DNA of 20,000 bases. It comes from Trichinella spiralis. Taxonomy: Eukaryota. Location of the stretch: NCBI RefSeq assembly GCF_000181795.1, contig NW_003526941.1:6729818-6749817 (forward strand), given 5' to 3'. Shown here in pieces: positions 1-10,300 of this stretch. The first letter of the stretch is position 1; each line of letters opens with the position of its first letter. The translations under genes were made by a program, and so were the position numbers. A model generated the notes under the pieces. It was not told where the DNA came from and did no database searches. It saw only the letters and a program-made list of their open reading frames with translations.

Positions 1-406
1 ATGCCTTTATCCGGATGTGCGTTGAGCTTGTCAGTAAACAAAGTTCACTTGATTAGGGTCACTATACAAGGCGGAACCGATATTGCTCAGCAAGCAGTGC
101 ATAGTTGCTGAACGGAAAATTTAATATCCGCGCATTATTGACTTGGTTAACGCACGCTGATTTGATTGAACAAATTTGTTCCCTATTGGAAAATATACTA
201 TTATCGTAATGAAATTTTTCTTTCAACAATTGTAACAATAGCCAAGCTGTTGAATGCCACACTTATAGTTGAGCTAATTTAGTCAAATATGTGAACATAC
301 TCTTAACACTGATTATAACATATATAATCAAATAATTTCAAACATTCTCAGTAGACAACGACTTTTGTCTGAGCGCATTAATTAAGTACGGGCCCACTTT
401 CAATGT

Positions 407-416
407 NNNNNNNNNN
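407..416. other. Assembly gap (10 N, true size unknown)
   Basis: Run of N. Confidence 1.
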
Positions 417-797
417 AAACGAGGACAAGAATTGTACTTTGTTTTCTCTGTTCCATTTATTCTCAAAAAGTAGGTCGACACTTTTTTTTCCTTCCACGAG
501 AGAATTTTTATTTCTTTGTTGAAAAATTTGCATAATTTGATTGGTGTTCAAGTTGTACGTAGTTTGCTGACGTGACGACGATGCAGTTGTGGGGGATTTT
601 GTAGTTGTCAAACTTTTCTGTGGTTGTTGTTGTCGTTGTCGTTGTATTTGCATTTTGTTCATGATCAAAACGTCCGATTTGACTAAACAAGGATTTTATT
701 TATTTGCATACGCGCTTCTGCTTTTTGTTTACTCAATTTTACTGCTGGGTTGTGTCAGTAGTGCAATTTCTGAATAAATTCAACTTGTACTTTTGGC

Positions 798-821
798 TTG
801 TTGTTGTTGTTGTTGTTGTTG
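798..821 (+). repeat. (TTG)8 microsatellite
   Basis: Read directly; related degenerate GTT/GTC runs occur near 622-645 and 938-951. Confidence 0.95.
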
Positions 822-1764
822 TCATTTCGCACCGCATCATTCATTAAATTTATCCATACAGTATTGAAACGTAGAAAATGATGAAAAAAAAATTTTTTTA
901 TTTGCTTTTTTCACAATTTGCATTTTTGTGATTGTTTATTGTTGTTGTTGTGGGCTAACTTTGTCTGTCAATTATCCCCAAAGCTGGTCGATCCCAGATT
1001 TGAAGAGTTTCCATTATTCGTATATACACACGGTCGGTTGGTGATCAATAAGTGAATGAACGAACGACCATTTCAGGTCCAATTGCTTTTTGATAATAGA
1101 TCATCACTTGAACGTGCTATTCTCTAGATGTGTATGACCATTGTGAGTTGGAAATGACACGTTCGCTAATAATATTGTGATCATCAGGAATATTATTTAC
1201 AAAATTTGAAAATCAACCGGCTCATTAAAATTCAAATCACTAATCAATCAATCAATTAATCAATTGCGCGTGTACATCATTTTGATACACTCGCATGCAT
1301 ATTTGTATGCATATTTGATTCTCTAACTATTCGTTTGTGCTTTTTTTGTATTTGTTGATTTTTCTCATCTATAAACAGTAGTAAATATGATTCATCACTT
1401 CTACGCTTGCTGCGGCAGCATCTTTCTTCTCACAAGCATACACGATTAATTGGTTGAATCATTTTCACTTTGATTTTTTCCATTCTTTATTCCGTTGCAG
1501 AATTTTCCAGGTACCCGTACGTCAGTTGTGTCAAGTTTTCCTTTTCTATTATTTTTATCATTTTTTTAAATTTTAATTTTCTGTATTCAATTCCATTTTT
1601 ATATTCAACAGATTTTTATTATTATCAATTTTTTGCATTATTCAGTTTAACAAGGGTTAGTAAAATTGTTATAAAATGTTGTAATAAATTGTAAGAATAT
1701 TTTTGCATAATACGAATAAACTTGGAAAATGTTTCATCAATTTAAATAGATAGGTGCTTATAAC

Positions 1765-1792
1765 GTGTGTGTATGTGTGTGTGTGTGTGTGT
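1765..1792 (+). repeat. (GT)n microsatellite with one interruption
   Basis: gtgtgtgtatgtgtgtgtgtgtgtgtgt. Confidence 0.95.
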
Positions 1793-2979
1793 TGTTGAAG
1801 CAGTTCAATACTGATCAAATTAATAATAGAAATTGGAAAATTGATTTTTCATTAATTTTATTGTCCGAGAGTAATTTGGTAAACAAATCCGTTTTCACCA
1901 ACCATTTTAAATATTAGCCAAACAGTTTATATAGAATATTAGCGGAAATTGAAATGGGGCGATCTTGTTGATTGCATGAGTGGAGAATTTTTAGTATAGT
2001 TGAACAATTCAGTTTATTCCTATCTGACTAAATCGTTTCCTCCATTTGAACATCCTATTTTCAATGTGACAAATTAAAATGAACAAATCAACGCTACAAT
2101 TACTCAACTTTGAATAATGCGTGTGCGTGTGTGTTTTTGAATTTTATTTATGCTTTTGATTCAAATTAAATATTAAAATTAAATACAGCTTACAAATACC
2201 ATTAAAAAAACATATTCGATGAGAGACAGAAAGAGAATGGATAGAAAATTTCTGCTGCTGACGGTTTTTCAATTGCATGCAAAGTAGTTAAGAAGAGTGA
2301 ATAAAACTTTTTCATTGTTTGATGACGAAGCTGCTTTGATGAAATTTAATTATGCACCGCTTGGCAAATTGTCAACTTTTATATCAAGCGAACAAGCATA
2401 GTATTATAACAAACGGTTGTTGTGCTTTTCTGTTCAGTTCAATTTAGTTCTGTTCTGTTTTGCGCGTTTCAATTTTTAATTATTACTCAACAAATTCATT
2501 AATCATTTCATAGCTATTCAACGTTTTTTTCTTTCTTCTATTCTTCTTCTTTGTCACTTTTCTTTGCTCATTTTTATGCAAATTTTTTCCCATCTTCTTT
2601 TATGAATGAATTTACTGTTGTGACTGCTTTTATTTATTGATAATGAGAAAAGTGAACGTTCAACCGGTGAGCATTCTTATTCTTCTTCTTCTTCTTTTTT
2701 GCATAAATATATTATTTATGCATGTCTAAAGAATAAATGAATAACAATAAAGCGATGAAAGAGAGAAAAGGAAAAAAATTTTTTTTTACAATATTTATTA
2801 AATAGTGGCAAAGAGAGATTTCTTGAGATCTGTTGAATGGACTTGAGTAATGTAATTATTGTGAAAGAGGGAAAGGGATTTCTATCTTTTTTTTCTTCTC
2901 GCCCTTGGAATTGAACATTGTTGATCATAATAATGGAATAAATATTTTCTTCACTGATGCAACAGTGGACGGTGAAACA

Positions 2980-3160
2980 AGGTTGGGATGAGGCTGGGAT
3001 GGATGTGGTTTACCTCTCTGATTGCGTCTCTGATTCAGCTTATTTTCCAATCAGAAGCCAATTGGCTCAGATGTGTGGCCAGCTTTTAGCTAATGCAGTT
3101 AAATGTTGAGCAGTTTTTCGGCGGGCAGTTTCTGACAAAAGTGATCCGCCCCTCGGCTGC
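2980..3160. promoter_or_regulatory. Promoter-like island with CCAAT boxes and a GC box
   Basis: GC-richer island containing TCTCTGATT twice (3015-3023, 3027-3035), CCAATCAGA (3047-3055), the palindrome AGCCAATTGGCT (3056-3067) and CCGCCC (3146-3151). Confidence 0.35.
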
Positions 3161-3341
3161 TTGTGGCTAATTGAATTACAAATCTACTCGACGCTTTGAT
3201 TGAGCATCTCTTCAACGTTTTAGGCGACAAAATATAGAACGTCATCGTCATCGCCACTCGACACATCCATCCAATTCTACTTACTTAATCGGCTCTTGTC
3301 TAAAAATATATCAAATCACAAGCCTCCAACTTCTCCCTCCG

Positions 3342-3359
3342 CACACACACACACACACA
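3342..3359 (+). repeat. (CA)9 microsatellite
   Basis: Read directly. Confidence 0.95.
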
Positions 3360-6074
3360 TTCTCTTCTTTCCCATCATCATATTCGTATTAATTAGTAAG
3401 GAAAAATAAATTCACCTGAGATTGGATTCAAAAATTTTTATGGTAATTTCTTCATTGTTTTTTTTTGTGATTTGTTTTTCTGTGTGTCAAATTTAATTTT
3501 TACCAAGAGGTAGAGAGAGAGAGAAAGCGTGTTTTTCTTTTGTTCTTTTTGCACATGCCTGTTGTCGCCTGAAAAAGATTTGAAGTATTTTCAAATGCAA
3601 ATTTTTTCTTAAATTTTGCAAATCGCTATTTGAACTATTTTCACGTCATAAATTGATGGCAACTAGAACACAATTTCTCTTATCAAAAGAAATAGTTTCG
3701 CGCTTTATCGTATATTTATTTATCCATTTACTTTTGGTAGACATGCCTGTTGATAAATTGATTCAATCAAATTTATAATTTGTTCTTTAATTAGTGTTAT
3801 GAATTTTTCCTTTTCACAATTAATTGATTTTATTCATTGGAAATTATTAATCAATGTAACACAATAGTAGTAGCAGCCCATTGGTTTTTTGTTTCTATCA
3901 ACTATTTTCTGTGTTTGAATTTTATATATCAATCAACCAACGATGATGGTGATGTTGAATGAAATTTCAAAGTTAAAAATGGAACATTATTTTATTAAAT
4001 TAATTTTCTCAGTGTAATTAATTTGTTGTGTAACATTTTGAGATAAGCGACAGTGTGCGGCTAATCAAGTTATCTTGAATGACTTTAATTTATGCCTTTC
4101 TTGACAGTGATTTTTCTTCAGTTTATCAGTTCAATATACAAATAGCACACTCGTCAAATGTGAACTATTTTTTTTATTTATTTTATGTTAATTTTTTTGT
4201 TATTTAAATAAGTAAATAATGACAATGATGATCCGTTATTTGGTATTTCAAAAGTTATCCACATTATTCAATTTAATCAAATGTGAAACATTCACGAGAT
4301 GATGAGGATACATTTGGTCGTGTTATTTCTTTTTCGATTGACAGCATCATTATTTTTCACGACTTAAGATCATAATATTGAAGCGGTGGAAATTTCCTTA
4401 GCAAAAGTTATTTCTGACATGCACTTGCTTGCCTGCCCGCTTGCCTGCTTGTTCATGACTTGATTGCTCTCCTCATGACAAATGCAATAGGATGATGATG
4501 AGGCGATTTAGCTGGATAAAACTTGTCAAGCATTGATTTTCTCCTTTATTTTTTTTCCTTTTCTATCCAAAACATTATCTAATACATTCGACTGTGCATA
4601 AATACATCAATAAACAAATATATTGTTTATTTTGAATTCTGAAAATGTAATGTGTTTTTTTCTTCATGTTTTTTTTAACAATCTTTACCACTTTGAGGAT
4701 AATTAAAAGAAACTATTTGTATATTTTGCTAATTGCAAACTGGCTGCTTAGTAAATAAATTGTTTTCATTTTAAACACGGATGCTGTTGCAATATTGAGA
4801 TCATGTTTCAAATTTCCAACATTTATATATGCATATAAGCCAGGCGATATTACTATTATTCTTACTATTATCATATTCCCAGTAGATGTGGAATTTTAAT
4901 TTCAATGTGAAATTTCCAAGTTGCATAATTCCAAAGTTATATTCAAAGGTTGAATTGAGTTTGAGAATGATTGATTTCATATTAAGTTTGAAGTTGGAAA
5001 GCGAAGTGGAGAAGAAATTTTCACCCAAGTTCACTTTTATTCAAGACAATAATAATTTGCAAACATTCAATGCAACAATAATTATACATGCATACAGATG
5101 TATCTATATAATGTTTTTTTTGATATTCATGCATGAGCTTTAGGCTAAACCTGTTTATATCTTTTATAGCAGTTTTTACGATATCGCTGATTGAAAAAGT
5201 CCAGGCTAGGGCTTTTCTCAGAGTACAGCTTATATATAATTTGCATAATGTGAGATGATGAGAAACATAAGCAGGTCCGTGTTTCATTATCAGTGATTTG
5301 TTTATGAAAATGAAATATAATAATTTATTGTTGTAAACTTTGTTAGTGTTATTGCGTTTTTTATTCTTTGTCAATTGCGCAGTTGATTTCAAATAAAATG
5401 CATTAAAGGACCACCGCATCTTAAGAGGGGAGTGATTTTGAATTTTTGATTGATTGAATCGAATAGGAATGAAACATCTTTGCATTTCAAAGAATACTCG
5501 TGCTAATTGCAGTTATCGTTTTACCGGCTGAGAATCTCTGTGAATGCTTTTTATTCCTCTTTTCGCTTCTCTCTCTCTCTCCCTCTCTATTGAAGAATAC
5601 TCTTGTCGATCAATAATTTGATGCAATTTTGAATAGAATTCGAGCTTTAAAATAGAAATTTATTATCACAATTATGATAATTTTTTTGTATTCCTATTTA
5701 AATATTGCGTTTTTATTTTCGTTAACAATTAATGGATGAAAAGAATAATTTGATTGGAAACAAGAAATCAAGTGATGTGTACTTTTGTGATTGTAATGCT
5801 TTGAAATGGCGTGAAATAGCAATTTTAAAAACTTGTTTCCAACAAAAAAGTTCTTTTTTTTCTTTTGATTCATGTTATTATGTTGTTAATCGTCTTGTGA
5901 GGGAATTTAATTGTAAAAAAACGATAAAATTGATCAGTGGATGTATGAAGAATTAAATAAGTGGGAAATATCTTTTTTTTTCAATCAAAAATTCCATACA
6001 AAGTGGACAAAATAGATTAAATTATGCATATATCGATGTGCGTTGTGAATGCGAATGAATGAATAAATCACGAA

Positions 6075-7259
6075 ATGTATGTATGTAGTAGTTGGATGAA
6101 TTCGAACGGGTCGACGACCACGGTTCAACAGTTGATGATGGAGAACATGTCGACCGTATATGATGATTCGGAGGCGCGTGTGTTGTCAGCGTTGCGACAA
6201 GTGAATTTTTGGTATTTGTTCGTTGTAATCACGGTGGGCATATTTGGCAACATGCTGGCCGTGATGACCATCGTCCGTTCGAGGTTGATGAAAATATCTT
6301 CCAATCACTATTTGATCGCTTTGACTTGTTCGGACAGTGTATTTTTGCTTTCGTTGTTTCTCATATGGTTGAGCAAGTTGAATGTGGCCGTTTATCACCG
6401 GGATGGATTTTGCCAATTGGTTCTGTTCTGTCTGAACTGCAGCAGCTGGCTGTCCAGCTGGTATACGATGATCTTGACCGTGGAACGGTATTTCGTGGTG
6501 TTTTTTCCGTTGAGTAGGGCGGCGGCTTGCAGCATCGGACGAACGAGGCGAATCATCTGCTTGGCTTTACCGTTCCCGGTGCTGTTCAACATCTGGATAA
6601 TCATTGCTACGGGTGTCAACGAAACTGGCGCTTGCAACATGATCGAAAGCTATTATTACGCCGGTATGGTTCTCAACTGGATCGACACGGTATTGTCGTT
6701 TGTCGTACCGGCAATTGTGATCACGGCTTGCAATATTGCCATCTGTTACAAAGTTTATTCTCGTGCCAACGCATTTGCCGACCTGAAAGGTGGTAGCAAG
6801 TCGACTACAAGCAGCAAGACAAGCAGCAGAGGTTCGGCTGCAGGTTCCGCTTTGGAATTGCCTTTGATGCGTCGCCACGGTGGTTGTGGTGGCGGTGGTT
6901 GTGGTGGTGGTTCTTCGTCCTCTGGTCATGCCGGTCGTCCAGCCGGAAGTCAGGAGAGGAAAATTACCCAATCGTTGGTCACTTTGTCTTGCGTGTTTGT
7001 CGCGTTGAACGTGCCCAGCTATTCGTTGAGATTGCGCGATTACGTGCTAGTCGCTACTGGTCGAATTCCCCAAAATCAACCGTTGAGTGAAATTATTTTG
7101 GAAAATGTATTCAATTTGATTTATTATACCAATTTTTCCATCAACTTTTTCGTCTACTGTTTGTCGAGTGAAAATTTCCGTTCCGCCGCTTGGCAATTGT
7201 GGCACGAATGGTTGCCGGCATTTCGTTTGCGGAAACGTGCCGCACCTATTCCACTCTGA
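6075..7259 (+). CDS. Class A (rhodopsin-like) 7TM neuropeptide GPCR, CNMamide-receptor/FMRFamide-receptor-like; uninterrupted 394-aa ORF
   Basis: Seven hydrophobic segments with class A motifs: TM1 GIFGN, TM2 YLIALTCSD, TM3 Cys (GFCQ) and TVERY, ECL2 Cys, TM5 FVVP..CN, TM6 FVALNVPSY, TM7 TNFSINFFVY, helix 8 SENFR. N-glycosylation sequons NGS and NMS in the N-terminus and NET in ECL2. GC is visibly higher than the flanks. In-frame TGA at 6060-6062 lies upstream. The start could be ATG 6075, ATG 6096 or a later Met. Confidence 0.95.
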   Translation: MYVCSSWMNSNGSTTTVQQLMMENMSTVYDDSEARVLSALRQVNFWYLFVVITVGIFGNMLAVMTIVRSRLMKISSNHYLIALTCSDSVFLLSLFLIWLSKLNVAVYHRDGFCQLVLFCLNCSSWLSSWYTMILTVERYFVVFFPLSRAAACSIGRTRRIICLALPFPVLFNIWIIIATGVNETGACNMIESYYYAGMVLNWIDTVLSFVVPAIVITACNIAICYKVYSRANAFADLKGGSKSTTSSKTSSRGSAAGSALELPLMRRHGGCGGGGCGGGSSSSGHAGRPAGSQERKITQSLVTLSCVFVALNVPSYSLRLRDYVLVATGRIPQNQPLSEIILENVFNLIYYTNFSINFFVYCLSSENFRSAAWQLWHEWLPAFRLRKRAAPIPL

Positions 7260-7341
7260 TCTGTTCACTTATTCGCTGAACGATTAATTCTATTCGCATT
7301 GTTTATTTATGTTGTTTGCACATTTTTTTGGAAAATTTTAC

Positions 7342-7347
7342 AATAAA
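7342..7347 (+). promoter_or_regulatory. Candidate polyadenylation signal of the GPCR gene
   Basis: AATAAA about 80 nt after the TGA stop, with T-rich sequence further downstream. The hexamer is common in AT-rich DNA. Confidence 0.5.
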
Positions 7348-10300
7348 TCAAATCGATTTCTCCAACAATATCTGATGGCAATTTCTAGTCTTTTGTATTC
7401 ATTCGGTAATTCAATTGAACATGTAAATCATTCTAGCAGACATACAGTACGCTAGAAGGAGTGAACAGTGTGTGAAATTATATTTGTTTGCACTTTTTCG
7501 ACAAAAATTTATTAATTTCTACAATAAATTTAAGAAATGGGATTTTTTTATTTTCAATTTCTCCTGGCAATTCTCTAATTTTAACAATTGTCACTTGTTT
7601 CGCGGTGCAGTTTGTTTGTTTGTTTGTTCAACGATTGTGCTTCATTTGATAATAATTGCCAAGTGTAAATCGTATTCAAATTTATTGTCCATCGTCGAAC
7701 GTGTTATGATTTGAACAATCTGCACAAAGCCCACAGCTGAGCTGCTAGTTGTGAGCTTGTTGAGCTTGAGAAAACACAAACATCATGTAGCTTTCAATTT
7801 TGAACAACAGTTGAGGGGGGAGGTGGAAATGGCCAATTCAATGTTTCTATTCTAAGCTGGTGTGCAATTAATTTTCGATGTTCTTGGGAAATTGCAACAC
7901 TTTACTCGAATAAATTATGAATTTTGTATTGTAGTGTTGACGAGTAATTTAAAGAAGCTGATTTTGATCATTCAAATTTTCTATTACACGATTGTCTGTA
8001 TTTTTTTAATTTGCACATTTAATTGCTTTGTTTTGTTTCATCAGTAGAAAGTAAAAAGGGATTTTCTTTTCCGCACTATATTTATTTGGCAATTTGTACT
8101 TGGAAACTGTACTCCAAGGTGCAATTGAAATTGATAGTTTCCATTTTTGGGAAGCTTTTAGGTCACAGCTAGATCCAACCCCCGGGATTCTGTGGAACGT
8201 CAACACTACAGGGCCAGTTGATTTGACCTTGATCCGAGATGCTTGGGTAAAAGAGAGACGTCAAGCAGAACAGTAATTTATTGCAATATATACCTTTTTT
8301 CTCACTTGACCAGGCCGTATATTTTATAAACTTCCTAACCTAAATTGCTATTCGAAATTTGTAACTTTTTTTTTTCAAATAAACAGCTGAATGAATAAAT
8401 CAATATTCATTTATTCATTCGTTCATTCATTGAAGTTGCATTTTTATTCAACATTAATGTATTCTATTGTCATTGTAACTGCTATTCATTATGGTTTCAG
8501 TTTTGAAATTACCATTTTGTAATAATTTTTTTAAACTTGTAGCTAGTGGAGCATTTAACACTCTGTTAAATCAACGGTTCCCATACACTTTTGCTTTGCA
8601 CAGTTGGTCGCTTCTTATCTTATCTTCGTAGCTTAGCTTTATCATCTTTCATTTACTGTAACTGTATCACTTTGGTCAACGTTTTACTGATTGACTTTAT
8701 GTAGCTTAGTAAAATTACTTTTAATTTTCAACTAAAATATGCAAAAACTATGCATATAATTTGGGTAATTTTATAACAATTATAATTATTGAGATTATTG
8801 ATGAGATAACAGTCTTCCAAGTTGCAGATTAAAAAAGATATATATTTAAAAAAATAGAATTTTTAAATAAATGTCCAAGTGAGGAATTTTATTTTGCATG
8901 CTTTATTTATTTGCCGCTGGTTCTAATCACACCTATTAAATCGTTATTGGCGCTTAACTTTGATAGTGTCGGTAGCAGAGCTGAGTAAAAGTTCAGTAGA
9001 TCAGTGGTGATGGTCTAAGTGAAAATCAAGCCGTCGGGCAATTCTATTCTATTTTCTCTGTGCGATTTGTTAACTTGTGTAAACGAATATCCTCGCGATG
9101 GTCAGCGTTAAATATTGACCATCAAGCTTGGGTCACTTCACTGTCGACCTAGTCGACAAATAGCCAATGCCGACGCCGCGCTGTCTAACCACACCTGCTA
9201 TGCAAGCTGCGTGGTCAAGCGTTCAGCTTTTCTTGCTTAATCCACATAGCGCACACAGCCACACACGCGCGCGCACACGCAGCTGCAAAGTGGTTCAGTA
9301 TGCTTAGCCAGTGTCCATAATTAGCTGAGCGCCTTTGCAAATAATGTTGTGAGAAGCGATTCCGCGGTCGGCCACCAGACATCTGGGCACCACTCGACAA
9401 CACTCTCTCGACTTGTGCTTTTGTCTACCACTTTGGTCGGCTTTTCCAATCTCGTAAAGAACATGGCATGTTCAACTTGTCGAAACTGACCAAACTTCCG
9501 TACCACTTGGCTAAGTGAAGCTTTTCTTAAGAGCACTGACAACAACCCCGGTCGGCTGACCACATGCATCTTTCTCTCCTCTCAGACGTTGTCGAAAATA
9601 ATGTTGAACAAACAACAATAATTCACATGCTTCTTAATAAGTACATGAGTTGGTTTTTCGGCTTTTCCTTCCAAATAGCACAATACACAATACACAAGTA
9701 TGGGGGGGGGTTTCGCCTGAATATTGAATTGATGTCTATGATTGCTATTTAACGGATAATTTTACAGTTTCTAGAAAAATTCACATGTGCAGGTTATAAT
9801 TGAATGAGAAAATAAATTTTCTTTTTGTGCGTAAAATATTCGAATAAGTTATTTGTGATTGTGATTGGTCAAAGAAATTGAATTTTCAACTTAAGACTGA
9901 AGTGAACGTTGAGCAACAATTGTCAGCATTAAAAGCATGACGTTGTGCATAATGAGATGGTGGTAAAAGTAGAGGAGCGCTAGTGTAGGGGACATTTTGA
10001 ACAAATTGGCTCGTTGAAATTGAGCTGGTGTTGACTTTTCGTTTCGACCGATCATTAAGAATCTATTACTCACTTCCACCGTTGCTGGGGTTGGGGGATT
10101 TTCTTCGGCTATAATTTCTCCAATTGGTGGCCAGCAAGTGGAAGCAAGATGATAAATAATACGGAACGCTTGTTTTTGCGATTTAGAAAATCAATCGTCC
10201 AACATTGCAAAGGGAGGCCTCGTGCATGGGATACAATAAATCAACAGTTGGCCAGTCAGTAATTGGAATTTGCTTTTCAATTGCAACTGCAAAGCTTCTC

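Noticed and set aside
62..262. Possible terminal exon on the - strand at the window start
   Set aside because: It has a non-ATG start, no recognisable motif and only a weak acceptor; evidence is insufficient.
378..777. Gln/Thr-rich and Cys-rich ORFs
   Set aside because: They are products of GTT/GTC microsatellites, and one spans an N gap. No domain or convincing gene structure.
4770..4820. TGAGATCAT (bantam/miR-58-family seed) at 4796-4804
   Set aside because: The 3' part does not match the family and the flanks do not form a convincing pre-miRNA hairpin.
4801..5956. AT-rich ORFs of 74-154 aa upstream of the GPCR
   Set aside because: Their F/I/K/N/L-biased composition is typical of non-coding AT-rich DNA, and no homology is recognisable.
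6630..6645. CNM tripeptide (GACNMI) in ECL2 of the CNMaR-like receptor, suggesting a tethered-ligand idea
   Set aside because: The Cys is the expected ECL2 disulfide partner, there is no Gly-basic processing site, and a three-residue match is likely chance.
6186..7268. Several overlapping antisense or alternative-frame ORFs, including the 134-aa poly-Thr ORF at 6567-6971
   Set aside because: These are shadows of the GC-richer GPCR coding sequence and its GGT repeat.
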